Below, piece by piece: positions 55,825 through 64,000 of a stretch of DNA of 64,000 nt. A model generated the notes under the pieces. That model did not search any database. It was given only the letters and a program-made list of their open reading frames with translations, and had not been told where the DNA came from. Within the stretch, counting starts at the first letter, position 1. The number at the start of each line of letters is the position of its first letter. Source of the DNA: Frankiaceae bacterium (GTDB lineage: Bacteria > Actinomycetota > Actinomycetes > BP-191); NCBI GenBank assembly GCA_035556555.1, contig DATMES010000059.1, positions 12,054-76,053 on the forward strand, written 5' to 3'. A program made the translations under genes and the position numbers.

Positions 55825-57489
55825 ATGCGCTTGCACCGTCCGGTACTCGCCGGCCTCGTTCTTGGTACGGCAGTCCTTCCCGTGACCGCGGCGAACGCCG
55901 CCACCGGTGTGACCGCGGCAGGTAGCGCCGTGTCCACCGCCACGCTCGCCACCTTCTCGGTGGGCGCGTTGGCCGACCTCGTCGAGGCGCAGAGCGTCTC
56001 GATCGGGTCGCTCGCCGCGACCGCTCAGACGGTGACGAACGCCGCTCCGTCGGTGACGTTCGTCCCGATCACGCTGAACGGCGTCAAGACCGGCGCCGTC
56101 ACCGTGACCGCGGCGAACAGCCCGCAGACCGTGGGCGCCGTCAACACCAACGACCTCGGAGTCCTCTCCGCGACCAGCCCGGGCGCGACGCTCATGGCCG
56201 ACGACTCGTCCTCGGCGCTCGAGACGTCCCTCGGGTCGCTCAGCGTGCTCGGCCTTCCCGTGACGCTGGACGGCGGCCTCGACGTCGGCTCGGCGACGAG
56301 CGCGACGCAGTCGCAGGCCGGCAAGGCGCTCAGCATCTCCAACGTCGAGCTGCCGAACCTCGCCGACCTCCTCGCGGCCCTCGGCCTCGACCTCACCAAG
56401 CTTCCCGCCGACACGCTCAACGGCCTCATCGAGGACCTCAACGTCGCGCTCGACGGCGCGCAGCAGACCGCGATGGACAACGCCAACACGGCGATCGGCC
56501 TCGCGCAGCAGGCCGTCGACGACGCGGACGGCGACGTCGCCGACGCGACGACCGCGCTCTCCGCGGCCGCGGCCACGCTGACGTCCGAGCTGTCCAGCGC
56601 GAACTACCCGATCGGCACCTCGCCGATGACGGCCGAGGAGTGGGCGGCGCTCGACGCGACCGTGCAGGCCACCATCCTGGCGCTGAACGTCGGCGACACC
56701 GGCCTGGCCGACGCGATCACGGCGTACGACGCCGCCGTCGCCGCGCTCGCGCTCGCCGAGGACGCCATCGCGCCGCTCACCGAGGCGCTCGCCAACGCCA
56801 TCGCCGCGCTCGGCGGCATCGTGGACGGCATCCTCCAGGGCCTGCCGCTGCTCGAGGTCGGCGCCGCCGAGATCTCGACCAAGGCGCTCGTCGGCTCCGC
56901 CAAGACCGCGAACGTCACCGGCACCATCAGCGGCGTCAAGGTCCTCGGTACGGACATCCTCGAGACCGTCACGGGCGACAGCGAGCTCGACGTGGCAGGC
57001 CTCGTGGGCGATGTCGCCGACGACGTCAACGCCGCGCTCGGCACCGTCTCCGCCGCGCTCTCCGACGTCCTGTCCAGCGTGACCGGCGCCACCGGCCTCG
57101 TCGTTCCGGCTCCGGAGATCGCGCTCATGGAGAAGACGACGGCAACGGGTACGGACGGCGCGTTCGGCACCGCCGACGCGACCGTGACGGCGCTGTCGGT
57201 CAGCCTCGGCTCGGTGACCGTTCCCGCGATCTACGCCCTCGACGACGCCGCCGCCCTGCCGGGCCTCGGCGCCATCACCGGCGGCTTCCAGACGGCGCCG
57301 CTGTCCATGAAGGTCGGCTCGCTCGTCGAGTCGGCGCGGTTCCGCCCCGGTGCCGCGGCACCGAACGCGCCGACCCCCGGCAACACCGGCTCGCTGCCCT
57401 CGACCGGTGGCCCTGAGGGCCTCGCGATCGTCGCGGTGATCGGCACGGCGCTCGCCGTCGGCATCCGCCGGATGCGTACGCAGCAGTAA
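55825..57489 (+). CDS. Secreted cell-wall-anchored surface protein (LPSTG sortase motif), paralogous in architecture to the 2070-3509 protein
   Basis: Signal peptide (MRLHRPVLAGLVLGTAVLPVTAANAATG). Ala/Thr/Leu/Asp-rich body. C-terminal LPSTGG, a hydrophobic stretch and RRMRTQQ. Confidence 0.65.
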   Translation: MRLHRPVLAGLVLGTAVLPVTAANAATGVTAAGSAVSTATLATFSVGALADLVEAQSVSIGSLAATAQTVTNAAPSVTFVPITLNGVKTGAVTVTAANSPQTVGAVNTNDLGVLSATSPGATLMADDSSSALETSLGSLSVLGLPVTLDGGLDVGSATSATQSQAGKALSISNVELPNLADLLAALGLDLTKLPADTLNGLIEDLNVALDGAQQTAMDNANTAIGLAQQAVDDADGDVADATTALSAAAATLTSELSSANYPIGTSPMTAEEWAALDATVQATILALNVGDTGLADAITAYDAAVAALALAEDAIAPLTEALANAIAALGGIVDGILQGLPLLEVGAAEISTKALVGSAKTANVTGTISGVKVLGTDILETVTGDSELDVAGLVGDVADDVNAALGTVSAALSDVLSSVTGATGLVVPAPEIALMEKTTATGTDGAFGTADATVTALSVSLGSVTVPAIYALDDAAALPGLGAITGGFQTAPLSMKVGSLVESARFRPGAAAPNAPTPGNTGSLPSTGGPEGLAIVAVIGTALAVGIRRMRTQQ

Positions 57490-57569
57490 CGACGTAAGGC
57501 ACACGGCTACGCCCCGCGACCGCTGGCAGGAGGGGAGTCGCGGGGCGTCGCCATGTCCGGCCCCGTATC

Positions 57570-58736
57570 GTGACGTTCATGGACGCCGGGCTGATGCGCG
57601 AGATCGAGAGCAAGGTCGCCAACGAGGAGCGGCTGTCGTACGACGACGGCGTCGCCCTCTACGAGTGCGACGACCTCATGTGGCTCGGGTCGCTGGCCCA
57701 CTCGGTGCGGACGCGGCTCAACGGCGACCGCGTGATGTTCAACGTCAACCGCCACCTCAACCTCACGAACGTCTGCACGGCGTCGTGCGCGTACTGCTCG
57801 TTCCAGCGGAAGCCGGGGGAGAAGGACGCGTACACGATGCGCGTCGAGGAGGCCGTGCGCCTCGCGTCCGCGATGTCGGGCGAGGGGCTGACGGAGCTGC
57901 ACATCGTCAACGGCCTGCACCCCACGCTGCCGTGGCGCTACTACCCGCGGGTGCTGCGCGAGCTCAAGGCGGCGCTGCCCGGGGTGGCGTTGAAGTGCTT
58001 CACGGCGACCGAGATCCACTTCTTCGAGCGGCTGTCGGGCATGTCCGCCTCGGATGTGCTGGACGAGCTCATCGACGCCGGGCTCGAGTCGCTCACCGGC
58101 GGCGGCGCGGAGATATTCGACTGGGAGATCCGCCAGCAGATCGTCGACCACGACACCCACTGGGAGGACTGGTCGCGCATCCACCGGCTCGCCCATGCGA
58201 AGGGGCTGCGTACGCCGGCGACCATGCTCTACGGCCACATCGAGGAGCCGCGGCACCGGGTCGACCACGTGCTGCGGCTGCGCGAGCTGCAGGACGAGAC
58301 CGGCGGCTTCGTGGTGTTCATCCCGCTGCGGTACCAGCACGACCGCGACCTCGACCCGCGCAACCGGCTGCAGTCGCGCACCGTCATGGCGACGGGCGCG
58401 GAGGCGCTGAAGACGTTCGCCGTGTCGCGGCTGCTGTTCGACAACGTGCCGCACCTCAAGAACTTCTGGGTCATGCACGGCCTGTCGACGGCGCAGCTGT
58501 CGCTGTCGTTCGGGGCAGACGACCTCGACGGCTCGGTGGTCGAGTACAAGATCACCCACGACGCCGACCGCTTCGGCACGCCCGACAAGATGACGCGCGA
58601 GGACCTGCTCGACGTCATCCGCGACGCCGGCTTCACGCCGGTCGAGCGCAACACGCGGTACGAGGTCATCCGCGAGTTCGACGGTCCGGTGCCCCTGGCC
58701 GAGCGCCGCGCGGAGCCCCAGCCCATCTGGGCCTAG
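57570..58736 (+). CDS. mqnE: Radical-SAM menaquinone biosynthesis enzyme of the futalosine pathway (aminofutalosine synthase MqnE / MqnC family)
   Basis: CxxxCxxC cluster motif (CTASCAYC). MqnE-like N-terminus (MDAGLMREIESKV...LYECDDLMWLG). The SCO4494-like context next to the UbiD/UbiA/UbiX genes favours MqnE over MqnC. Confidence 0.75.
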   Translation: MTFMDAGLMREIESKVANEERLSYDDGVALYECDDLMWLGSLAHSVRTRLNGDRVMFNVNRHLNLTNVCTASCAYCSFQRKPGEKDAYTMRVEEAVRLASAMSGEGLTELHIVNGLHPTLPWRYYPRVLRELKAALPGVALKCFTATEIHFFERLSGMSASDVLDELIDAGLESLTGGGAEIFDWEIRQQIVDHDTHWEDWSRIHRLAHAKGLRTPATMLYGHIEEPRHRVDHVLRLRELQDETGGFVVFIPLRYQHDRDLDPRNRLQSRTVMATGAEALKTFAVSRLLFDNVPHLKNFWVMHGLSTAQLSLSFGADDLDGSVVEYKITHDADRFGTPDKMTREDLLDVIRDAGFTPVERNTRYEVIREFDGPVPLAERRAEPQPIWA

Positions 58737-58834
58737 CCCGGCGAGCCGCGCACGCCCCTCTTCCGTGCGGCGTTTCGTTCACGCAACGTGCCACGGTCTG
58801 CGTTCCGTCGACGAAACGCCGCACCGTGGCGGCG

Positions 58835-59722
58835 CTACGCCCCGGCCAGCAGGCGGTCGCGCAACGACGCCGGGTCGATGTGCGCGGGCTCCGTCGTCTC
58901 CAGGAAGTCCGCGAGCAGCCGCGCGAACCGCACCGGCTCGTCCACGTGCGGGAAGTGCCCGGAGTTCTCGAACACCTCGAGCCGCGCCGTCGGCACCAGC
59001 GACGTGAAGTGCGCCGCGTGCGCGACAGGGATGAACGAGTCCCGCCCGCCCCAGACCACCAAGGTAGGCAGCTCGGTGGCGAGGTAGAGCCGGTCGCTCG
59101 CGTCGACCCGCTGCCCGCCGACGTCCATGACGCTGCGCGCCGTGTGCACGAACGCCGCCCGCGCCTGCGTGTCGACCAGCGACGCGTACCCCCGTGCCAC
59201 CTCGCTGAGAGCGGGGCGCGCGGGCACCCACCGCGTGTACCGGCCCGCCCACCGCAGAGCCGACAGCACCTTCCGGTGCGCGATGACCGGCAGCACGACC
59301 TCCGCCCCCGGCAAGGTCACCGCGCGCAGCAACGGCGTCACCTCGCGCCCGAGCCCGCCGCTGTCGACGAGCACGAGGCGTTCGCACATCTCGGGGAACT
59401 GGTACGCGAACTGCATCGCCACCCCACCGCCGAGCGAGTGCCCGACGACGGTCGCGGACGACACGTCGAGAGCCGCCAGGAGGTCGCGTACGCCGCTCGC
59501 GTACGCCCCCAGCGAGTAGTCGCCGCGCGGCTTGGCCGACTCGCCGTGGCCGAGCAGGTCGGGCGCGATGACGCGTGCCGAGGCGGAGAGCAGCGGCAGC
59601 ACCGCGTCCCACGCGTGGCCGCACCCGGCGATGCCGTGCAGGAGGAGGACGACAGGCCCGTCGGACCCGGCCTCCGTGTAGGTGACGCGGTGTCCGTGCA
59701 GCGTGATCTCGCGGCGTTCCAT
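58835..59722 (-). CDS. Alpha/beta-fold hydrolase
   Basis: HGxxG oxyanion region (LLLHGIAGCG) and a GHSLGG nucleophile elbow. Start at the internal Met of ORF 58835..60709. Confidence 0.8.
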   Translation of the reverse strand: MERREITLHGHRVTYTEAGSDGPVVLLLHGIAGCGHAWDAVLPLLSASARVIAPDLLGHGESAKPRGDYSLGAYASGVRDLLAALDVSSATVVGHSLGGGVAMQFAYQFPEMCERLVLVDSGGLGREVTPLLRAVTLPGAEVVLPVIAHRKVLSALRWAGRYTRWVPARPALSEVARGYASLVDTQARAAFVHTARSVMDVGGQRVDASDRLYLATELPTLVVWGGRDSFIPVAHAAHFTSLVPTARLEVFENSGHFPHVDEPVRFARLLADFLETTEPAHIDPASLRDRLLAGA

Positions 59723-59741
59723 GAGCGTATGGTCCCCCACG

Positions 59742-60719
59742 ATGGCCGGGGACGAACACGACGCGATGCTCGCGGAGACGGCGGAGGCGATTCTCGGCCC
59801 CGCGAGGTACACGCGCGAGCAGGCCGCCGAGGCCGCCGGGGTGCCCCACGAGCGGGCCACGCGGCTGTGGCGCGCGATGGGCTTCCCCGAGGTGTCGTAC
59901 GACGAGGTGCTCTTCACGGAGCAGGACGTCGCCGCCCTGCGGACCGCGGAGTCGCTGCGCGCCAACGGTGTCGTGGACGAGGACGGCCTCGTCGCGCTCG
60001 CGCGGTCGATGGCACAGGCGCTGTCGCGGCTCGCGGTCTCGCACGCGGCCATCGCGGGCGAGTACATGCTGCGTACGGCCGCCGGTGACGTCGACACGGA
60101 GACCGCGATGCACCAGGCCGAGTCGCTGGTGCCGGAGGTCGGGGAGCTGCTGTCGTTCGTCTGGCGCAGGCACCTCGTCGCGGCCGCGGAGACGACGCTC
60201 GTCACGCTCCTCGGTGACACCTCGCCGGACGCGCCCGTCGTCGTGGGTTTCGCCGACCTCGCCGGCTTCACGGAGGCCTCGCGCAACCTCGACGCGGCCG
60301 CGCTGGACGCGCTGGTCGAACGCTTCGAGGCCAACGCCACCCACCTCGTCACCGGCCGCGGCGGACGCGTGGTCAAGACGCTCGGCGACGAGGTGTTGTT
60401 CACGGTCGACGACGTCCGCGCCGGCGTCGGCATCGCGCTGGACCTGGCTGAGAACGCCGACACGCTCGGCGGGGAGGTGCGTGTCGGGGCGGCGTACGGG
60501 CCGGTGCTCGCCCGGCTCGGCGACGTGTTCGGGCCCACCGTCAACCTCGCCAGCCGCCTCACCGGCATCGCCCATCCCGGCACCGTCCTCGTCGACCGTG
60601 AAGCCGCGCAGGCGCTGCGCGACGACGCGGCGTACGACGTCTCGCCGATCGCGCGGCGTTCGGTGCGGGGATATGCCCACCTCGCCCCGTTCCGTGTCCG
60701 CAGGGCCACCCGGAACTAG
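59742..60719 (+). CDS. Class III adenylate/guanylate cyclase domain protein with an N-terminal helical (HTH-like) region
   Basis: Cyclase homology domain motifs (VVGFADLAGFTE...KTLGDEVLF...VGAAYGPV...GPTVNLASRL). Start approximate. Confidence 0.75.
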   Translation: MAGDEHDAMLAETAEAILGPARYTREQAAEAAGVPHERATRLWRAMGFPEVSYDEVLFTEQDVAALRTAESLRANGVVDEDGLVALARSMAQALSRLAVSHAAIAGEYMLRTAAGDVDTETAMHQAESLVPEVGELLSFVWRRHLVAAAETTLVTLLGDTSPDAPVVVGFADLAGFTEASRNLDAAALDALVERFEANATHLVTGRGGRVVKTLGDEVLFTVDDVRAGVGIALDLAENADTLGGEVRVGAAYGPVLARLGDVFGPTVNLASRLTGIAHPGTVLVDREAAQALRDDAAYDVSPIARRSVRGYAHLAPFRVRRATRN

Positions 60720-60755
60720 CTCAACGACCCCGCGCAACGCGTCGACAAGAGACGC

Positions 60756-61523
60756 ATGCGTCTCCGCCTGGCCCTGACCTGCCTGGTCGCCCTCACCCCC
60801 GTCACCGTCGCCGCGCCGGCCCAGGCCGCGCCGTGCGCCACCGCCACCCGCACGATCACAGGAACGCTGCGCGGCGAGGACGGCAGGTACGTCGACGCCA
60901 TGCTCGGCTTCGACCTCATCCGCGTCGTCGGCGACCAGCGGCTGCACATCAACGGCCGCGACGGCGCCGACAACTGGGGCTGCGCCGGCCACAAGGGGTA
61001 CGGCCAGGTGCTGCGGGTCAACCCCGACGTCCCCGCGACGGGCTCCACGACGACCGGCACGCAGTACTGGAGCGTCAAGATCCCGGCGATCGTCAACCAG
61101 GTCATCATCGAGGTCTGGCCGCGCGCGGCCGGCACCGGCCCCGTCGACGACCGCCGCTACAGCGGCGCGCTGCGCTGGAAGGTGCCGATCCCGTACGGCC
61201 GCAACATCAACATCAAGCTGCCGCTCGTCTGCGCGGCGGGCGGGCGTACCGGCTACATCGCCGGCAAGGCCACCAAGAACGGCGCGCCCGTCAACGTCGA
61301 CTTCGTCGGCGCGTGGTCGGCGGCGAAGGACAACAACTCCGCGAACCCCATCCAGGGCTTCCGCACGGGCTACGGCACCGACCGCGGCACGTGGATCGTC
61401 CGCAACCTCGCCAGCGGGCAGCCGTACACCATGATCTGGATCGAGAACGGCGTCCGCCGCCAGCGCTACTCCATCGCCGTCAGCGCCTGCCAGGGCACGG
61501 CCGTGAGCACCGTCCGCTTCTAG
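60756..61523 (+). CDS. Secreted hypothetical protein (255 aa, 4 Cys)
   Basis: Signal peptide (MRLRLALTCLVALTPVTVAAPAQAA). Confidence 0.5.
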   Translation: MRLRLALTCLVALTPVTVAAPAQAAPCATATRTITGTLRGEDGRYVDAMLGFDLIRVVGDQRLHINGRDGADNWGCAGHKGYGQVLRVNPDVPATGSTTTGTQYWSVKIPAIVNQVIIEVWPRAAGTGPVDDRRYSGALRWKVPIPYGRNINIKLPLVCAAGGRTGYIAGKATKNGAPVNVDFVGAWSAAKDNNSANPIQGFRTGYGTDRGTWIVRNLASGQPYTMIWIENGVRRQRYSIAVSACQGTAVSTVRF

Positions 61524-61578
61524 GGCTTGGCAGGACGCCGCAGGCGACCACCCGCGGTGACGGCGCCGCCGACATCTC

Positions 61579-61680
61579 CGCAACCGGGTTGCGGGCCGTG
61601 CGGCGAAAAAGCGCAGACCGCACCCCGATCACGTGCGGAGGTCGTCACCGGAACGCGAACGGTCACGCCCGGTCACCAGC
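61579..61680 (-). repeat. Copy 3 of the ~110-bp intergenic repeat family, reverse orientation, in a convergent intergenic region
   Basis: The reverse complement, GATCGGGGTGCGGTCTGCGCTTTTTCGCCGCACGGCCCGCAACCCGGTTGCGG, matches copies 1 and 2. Confidence 0.7.
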
Positions 61681-61700
61681 CAGTCCGTTTCGCCGAGCCT

Positions 61701-62645
61701 CTACGAGAGGCCGGTCGCGACCTCGTCGACGGGACGGCGCGGGGTCGGCGCGCCGTCGCTGCCGACGCCGAGCCGGAGGACGAGCTGCGGGAAGCCGGGC
61801 AGCATCAGCTCCTGGCGCAGCTTCGCGCGCATCGCGGGCAGCTCGATCGGCTGGTTGAGGAACGACGCCGACACCCCCAGCACCGTCGCGCGCAGCAGCA
61901 CCGCCTCCAGCGCCATCCCCGCGCGCAGCCAGTCGGCGGGCCGGTCGCCGTCGGTCCAGAGCACCGCGGCGAGGGGGCGGTCGACGCCGTACGTCGTCGC
62001 GCGCGGCACATCACCGGTCAGGTCGAAGTCGCGCTGCACGTACGCCGCGCGGTACGACCCCGTCGCGCCCGGCCCGCGTGCGGCGACCGGGATGCCGTCG
62101 GACCACTCGCGCAGCTCCGCCTCGAACGCCGGGTCCCGCGACCAGACCCGGTCCGCGCGGCCGATGAGCGCCGCGAGCGTCTGCCGTAGTCCCGGCGTCG
62201 CGACCAGGTGCAGCGTCGCGCCCTCCGCCTCGGCGGCGTCCTGCAGAAGGAACGGCGCGCCGGGCTCCATGGCGTCGGCGTCGAGCGGCCCGCGGTCGGT
62301 GTGCCGCACGGGGATCGCGGCGTACGCCGCCATGTCGGACACGGTGGGGGACACGGGCCGGCCCGGCGTGACGCGTGCGAGCAGGCTGAAGCCCGCCCCC
62401 TCGGGGAAGAGCGCGGTGACCGGTTCGCGTCCCTCGCAGCGCATGGCGAGGCGCAGGGCGTACAGCGCGGCGCCGCACGAGATCACCAGCTCGCGCCCTT
62501 GCGGGTCGGAGACGGGCATCGCGCGGGAGCCGTCGGCGTGCAGCTCGACCACGCCGTCGGCGATCTCGAACCGCCACGGCTGCGCGTTGTGCTTGGACGG
62601 GGCGTGGGTGGCGGCCTCGACGCAGCGCCGCAAAAGGTCGGTCAT
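61701..62645 (-). CDS. Acg-like tandem nitroreductase-fold protein (FMN-binding family, DosR-regulon type)
   Basis: Nitroreductase-family N-terminus (RCVEAATHAPSKHNAQPWRF). Two-domain length (~314 aa). Context of a USP and a NarL-type regulator. Confidence 0.7.
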   Translation of the reverse strand: MTDLLRRCVEAATHAPSKHNAQPWRFEIADGVVELHADGSRAMPVSDPQGRELVISCGAALYALRLAMRCEGREPVTALFPEGAGFSLLARVTPGRPVSPTVSDMAAYAAIPVRHTDRGPLDADAMEPGAPFLLQDAAEAEGATLHLVATPGLRQTLAALIGRADRVWSRDPAFEAELREWSDGIPVAARGPGATGSYRAAYVQRDFDLTGDVPRATTYGVDRPLAAVLWTDGDRPADWLRAGMALEAVLLRATVLGVSASFLNQPIELPAMRAKLRQELMLPGFPQLVLRLGVGSDGAPTPRRPVDEVATGLS

Positions 62646-63472
62646 GTGCGCTCCCCTGGGATGACGACGACCGGGCAGCGGGACCGCTGCACGACCGCGG
62701 TGGTGGTCGAGCCGAGCAGGAACCTCGCCAGCGCGCCGTCCCCGTGCGCCCCGACGACGAGCAGGTCGGCCGAACCCGCCGCGTCGAGCAGCGCGGCGGC
62801 CGGCTGCTGCCACGACAGCGCGCCCTCGACGTCGCCGCCGGCCGCGGCCCGGGTCTCCGTGACCACGTCGGCGAGGAACGCCCGCGCGGTCTCGTCGGTG
62901 TACGGCACGGCGGCGCCCGGCACCGCGCTCGCGACGACCGGCGGCGGCGCGGCGTGGACGATCGTCAGCGGCACCCGCCGGCGTACGGCCTCCGCGACCG
63001 CCCAGGCCACGGCGGCCGCGGCGGTGCTCGAGCCGTCGGTGCCCGTGACGATCCGGCGGGCGACGGCGTCGCGGGTCCCCGGCGGTACGACGGCGACCGG
63101 GCACGGCGCCGCACGAACGACGTCGTTGGTCGTCGAGCCCATGATCAGGCGCTTCACGGCGCCGGCGCCGTGCCTGCCGAGGACGAGGAGCTCGGCGAGC
63201 GCGCCCGCGCCCACCAGCCCCTCGGCGGGCGGGCCGTCCACGACCGACGTCGTGACGTCGCTGTCTCCCAGCGTCTCGCGTACGAACGCCACGAGCGTGG
63301 GCAGCAGTGCCGCGCGGCGCTCCTCGGCGTACGGCGTGTGCGCGACGAGGTCGTACACCGGCGGCCCCACGTGCACGGCCGTCAACGGCGTGCCGCGCAT
63401 CGCCGCCTCGCCCTCGGCCCAGCGCAGCGCGGCGCGGGCGTCATCGGAGTAGTCGACGCCGACGACGATCAC
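62642..63472 (-). CDS. Tandem-domain universal stress protein (UspA family)
   Basis: Two USP domains (MIVVGVDYSDDARAALRWA...GSTTNDVVRAAPCPVAVV; VTGTDGSSTAAAAVAWA...GSTTTAVVQRSRCPVVVI). Confidence 0.85.
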   Translation of the reverse strand: MIVVGVDYSDDARAALRWAEGEAAMRGTPLTAVHVGPPVYDLVAHTPYAEERRAALLPTLVAFVRETLGDSDVTTSVVDGPPAEGLVGAGALAELLVLGRHGAGAVKRLIMGSTTNDVVRAAPCPVAVVPPGTRDAVARRIVTGTDGSSTAAAAVAWAVAEAVRRRVPLTIVHAAPPPVVASAVPGAAVPYTDETARAFLADVVTETRAAAGGDVEGALSWQQPAAALLDAAGSADLLVVGAHGDGALARFLLGSTTTAVVQRSRCPVVVIPGERT

Positions 63473-64000
63473 CGCGCACCGGCTCGTGCCGGGGCAGCGG
63501 CCGCCGCGAGGCGGGCGCCGAACACGGCGACCTCGCTGCGGTGCGCCATGCCGAGCTTGGCGAGGACGTTCGAGACGTAGTTCTTCACGGTCTTCTCCGA
63601 CAGGCCGAGGTGCTCGCCGATCTGCCTGTTGGTCAGCCCTTCGGTGACGAGCGCGACGACGCGGCGCTCCTGCGGCGTCAGGCCCGAGTCGTCGGCGGCG
63701 CGCAGCCGCGCGGAGACGTACTCGGCGGTCCGCGGGTCGAGCAGCGACCGGCCGTGCGCGACGTCGCGGACCGCGCGGACCAGCGCGTCGCCGCCGGCCT
63801 CCTTGAGGACGTACGCCGCCACGCCCACCTCGGCGGCGTGCAGCAGCGCGTCGTCGTCGGCGTACGCCGTCAGCACGACGCAGCGCACGTCCGGCGCGAC
63901 ACCGCCCAGGTCGGCGCAGAGGTCGACCCCGTCGCCGTCGGGCAGCCGTACGTCCACGACGGCGACGTCGGGCGCGGCCAGCGGGACCTCCGTGAGCGCG
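63469..64000 (-). CDS. NarL/LuxR-family two-component response regulator (DosR/DevR-like), N-terminus beyond the window edge
   Basis: Receiver fragment plus a LuxR HTH (LTPQERRVVALVTEGLTNRQIGEHLGLSEKTVKNYVSNVLAKLG). The ORF runs off the window. Confidence 0.8.
   Translation of the reverse strand, partial: ALTEVPLAAPDVAVVDVRLPDGDGVDLCADLGGVAPDVRCVVLTAYADDDALLHAAEVGVAAYVLKEAGGDALVRAVRDVAHGRSLLDPRTAEYVSARLRAADDSGLTPQERRVVALVTEGLTNRQIGEHLGLSEKTVKNYVSNVLAKLGMAHRSEVAVFGARLAAAAAPARAGAR

Noticed and set aside
57665-61583. Long overlapping ORFs (57665-60088 plus strand, 58779-61583 minus strand)
   Set aside because: Alternative frames across mqnE, the hydrolase and the cyclase. Only segments with recognisable domains were kept.
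1-64000. CRISPR arrays, tRNA/rRNA genes, transposases, integrases
   Set aside because: No spacer-repeat arrays, no tRNA T-loop signatures (GTTCGAATCC-like) and no transposase or integrase ORFs were seen. The repeats found are single units, not arrays.

Overview
This is a high-GC (~72%) actinobacterial chromosomal window. Its backbone is conserved core synteny of the Streptomyces/Mycobacterium type: map; an ECF sigma/anti-sigma pair; a class A PBP; rex-hemA-hemC-hemD(cobA fusion)-hemB ... hemL; a phosphoglycerate-mutase-like gene; resA-ccdA-resB-ccsA (System II cytochrome c biogenesis); the UbiD/UbiA/UbiX-like and MqnE genes of the futalosine menaquinone pathway; a BldC-like regulator; and a DosR-type module (Acg-like nitroreductase, tandem USP, NarL-type regulator) at the right edge. 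Accessory content is embedded in that backbone.

Accessory blocks seen:
- Three tandem secreted CAP/SCP-domain paralogs (8996-11552).
- A 1659-aa secreted surface protein next to a divergent ECF sigma factor that carries a C-terminal extension (14719-20913).
- Three tandem secreted CocE/NonD-family hydrolase paralogs inserted between hemB and hemL (28887-33693).
- Two paralogous LAxTG/LPxTG sortase-substrate surface proteins (2070-3509 and 55825-57489).
- An ~8.7 kb insertion between the phosphoglycerate-mutase-like gene and resA. It carries a complete second, b6f-type Rieske/cytochrome b complex: cytochrome b6, subunit IV, a Rieske protein, a monoheme cytochrome c and a 2x[4Fe-4S] ferredoxin.

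Immediately downstream of ccsA lies a divergent heme-copper-oxidase-like pair: a 12-TM CcoN-like subunit that lacks the canonical adjacent CuB histidine pair, and a clear CcoO/FixO-like monoheme subunit.

Two unannotated repeat families stand out:
- A ~95-113-bp element with perfect 18-bp inverted arms and three ACTGGTGAG motifs. It occurs twice, in the promoter regions that bracket the resA-ccsA cluster, and the central spacer is inverted between the two copies.
- A ~110-bp intergenic repeat with a T5 tract and a palindromic core (CGCAACC-N-GGTTGCG). It occurs three times, each time in a convergent 3' intergenic region.

No tRNA, rRNA, CRISPR array, transposase or integrase was recognised. 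All start coordinates come from ORF-frame arithmetic and hand alignment, so they are approximate to within a few codons.
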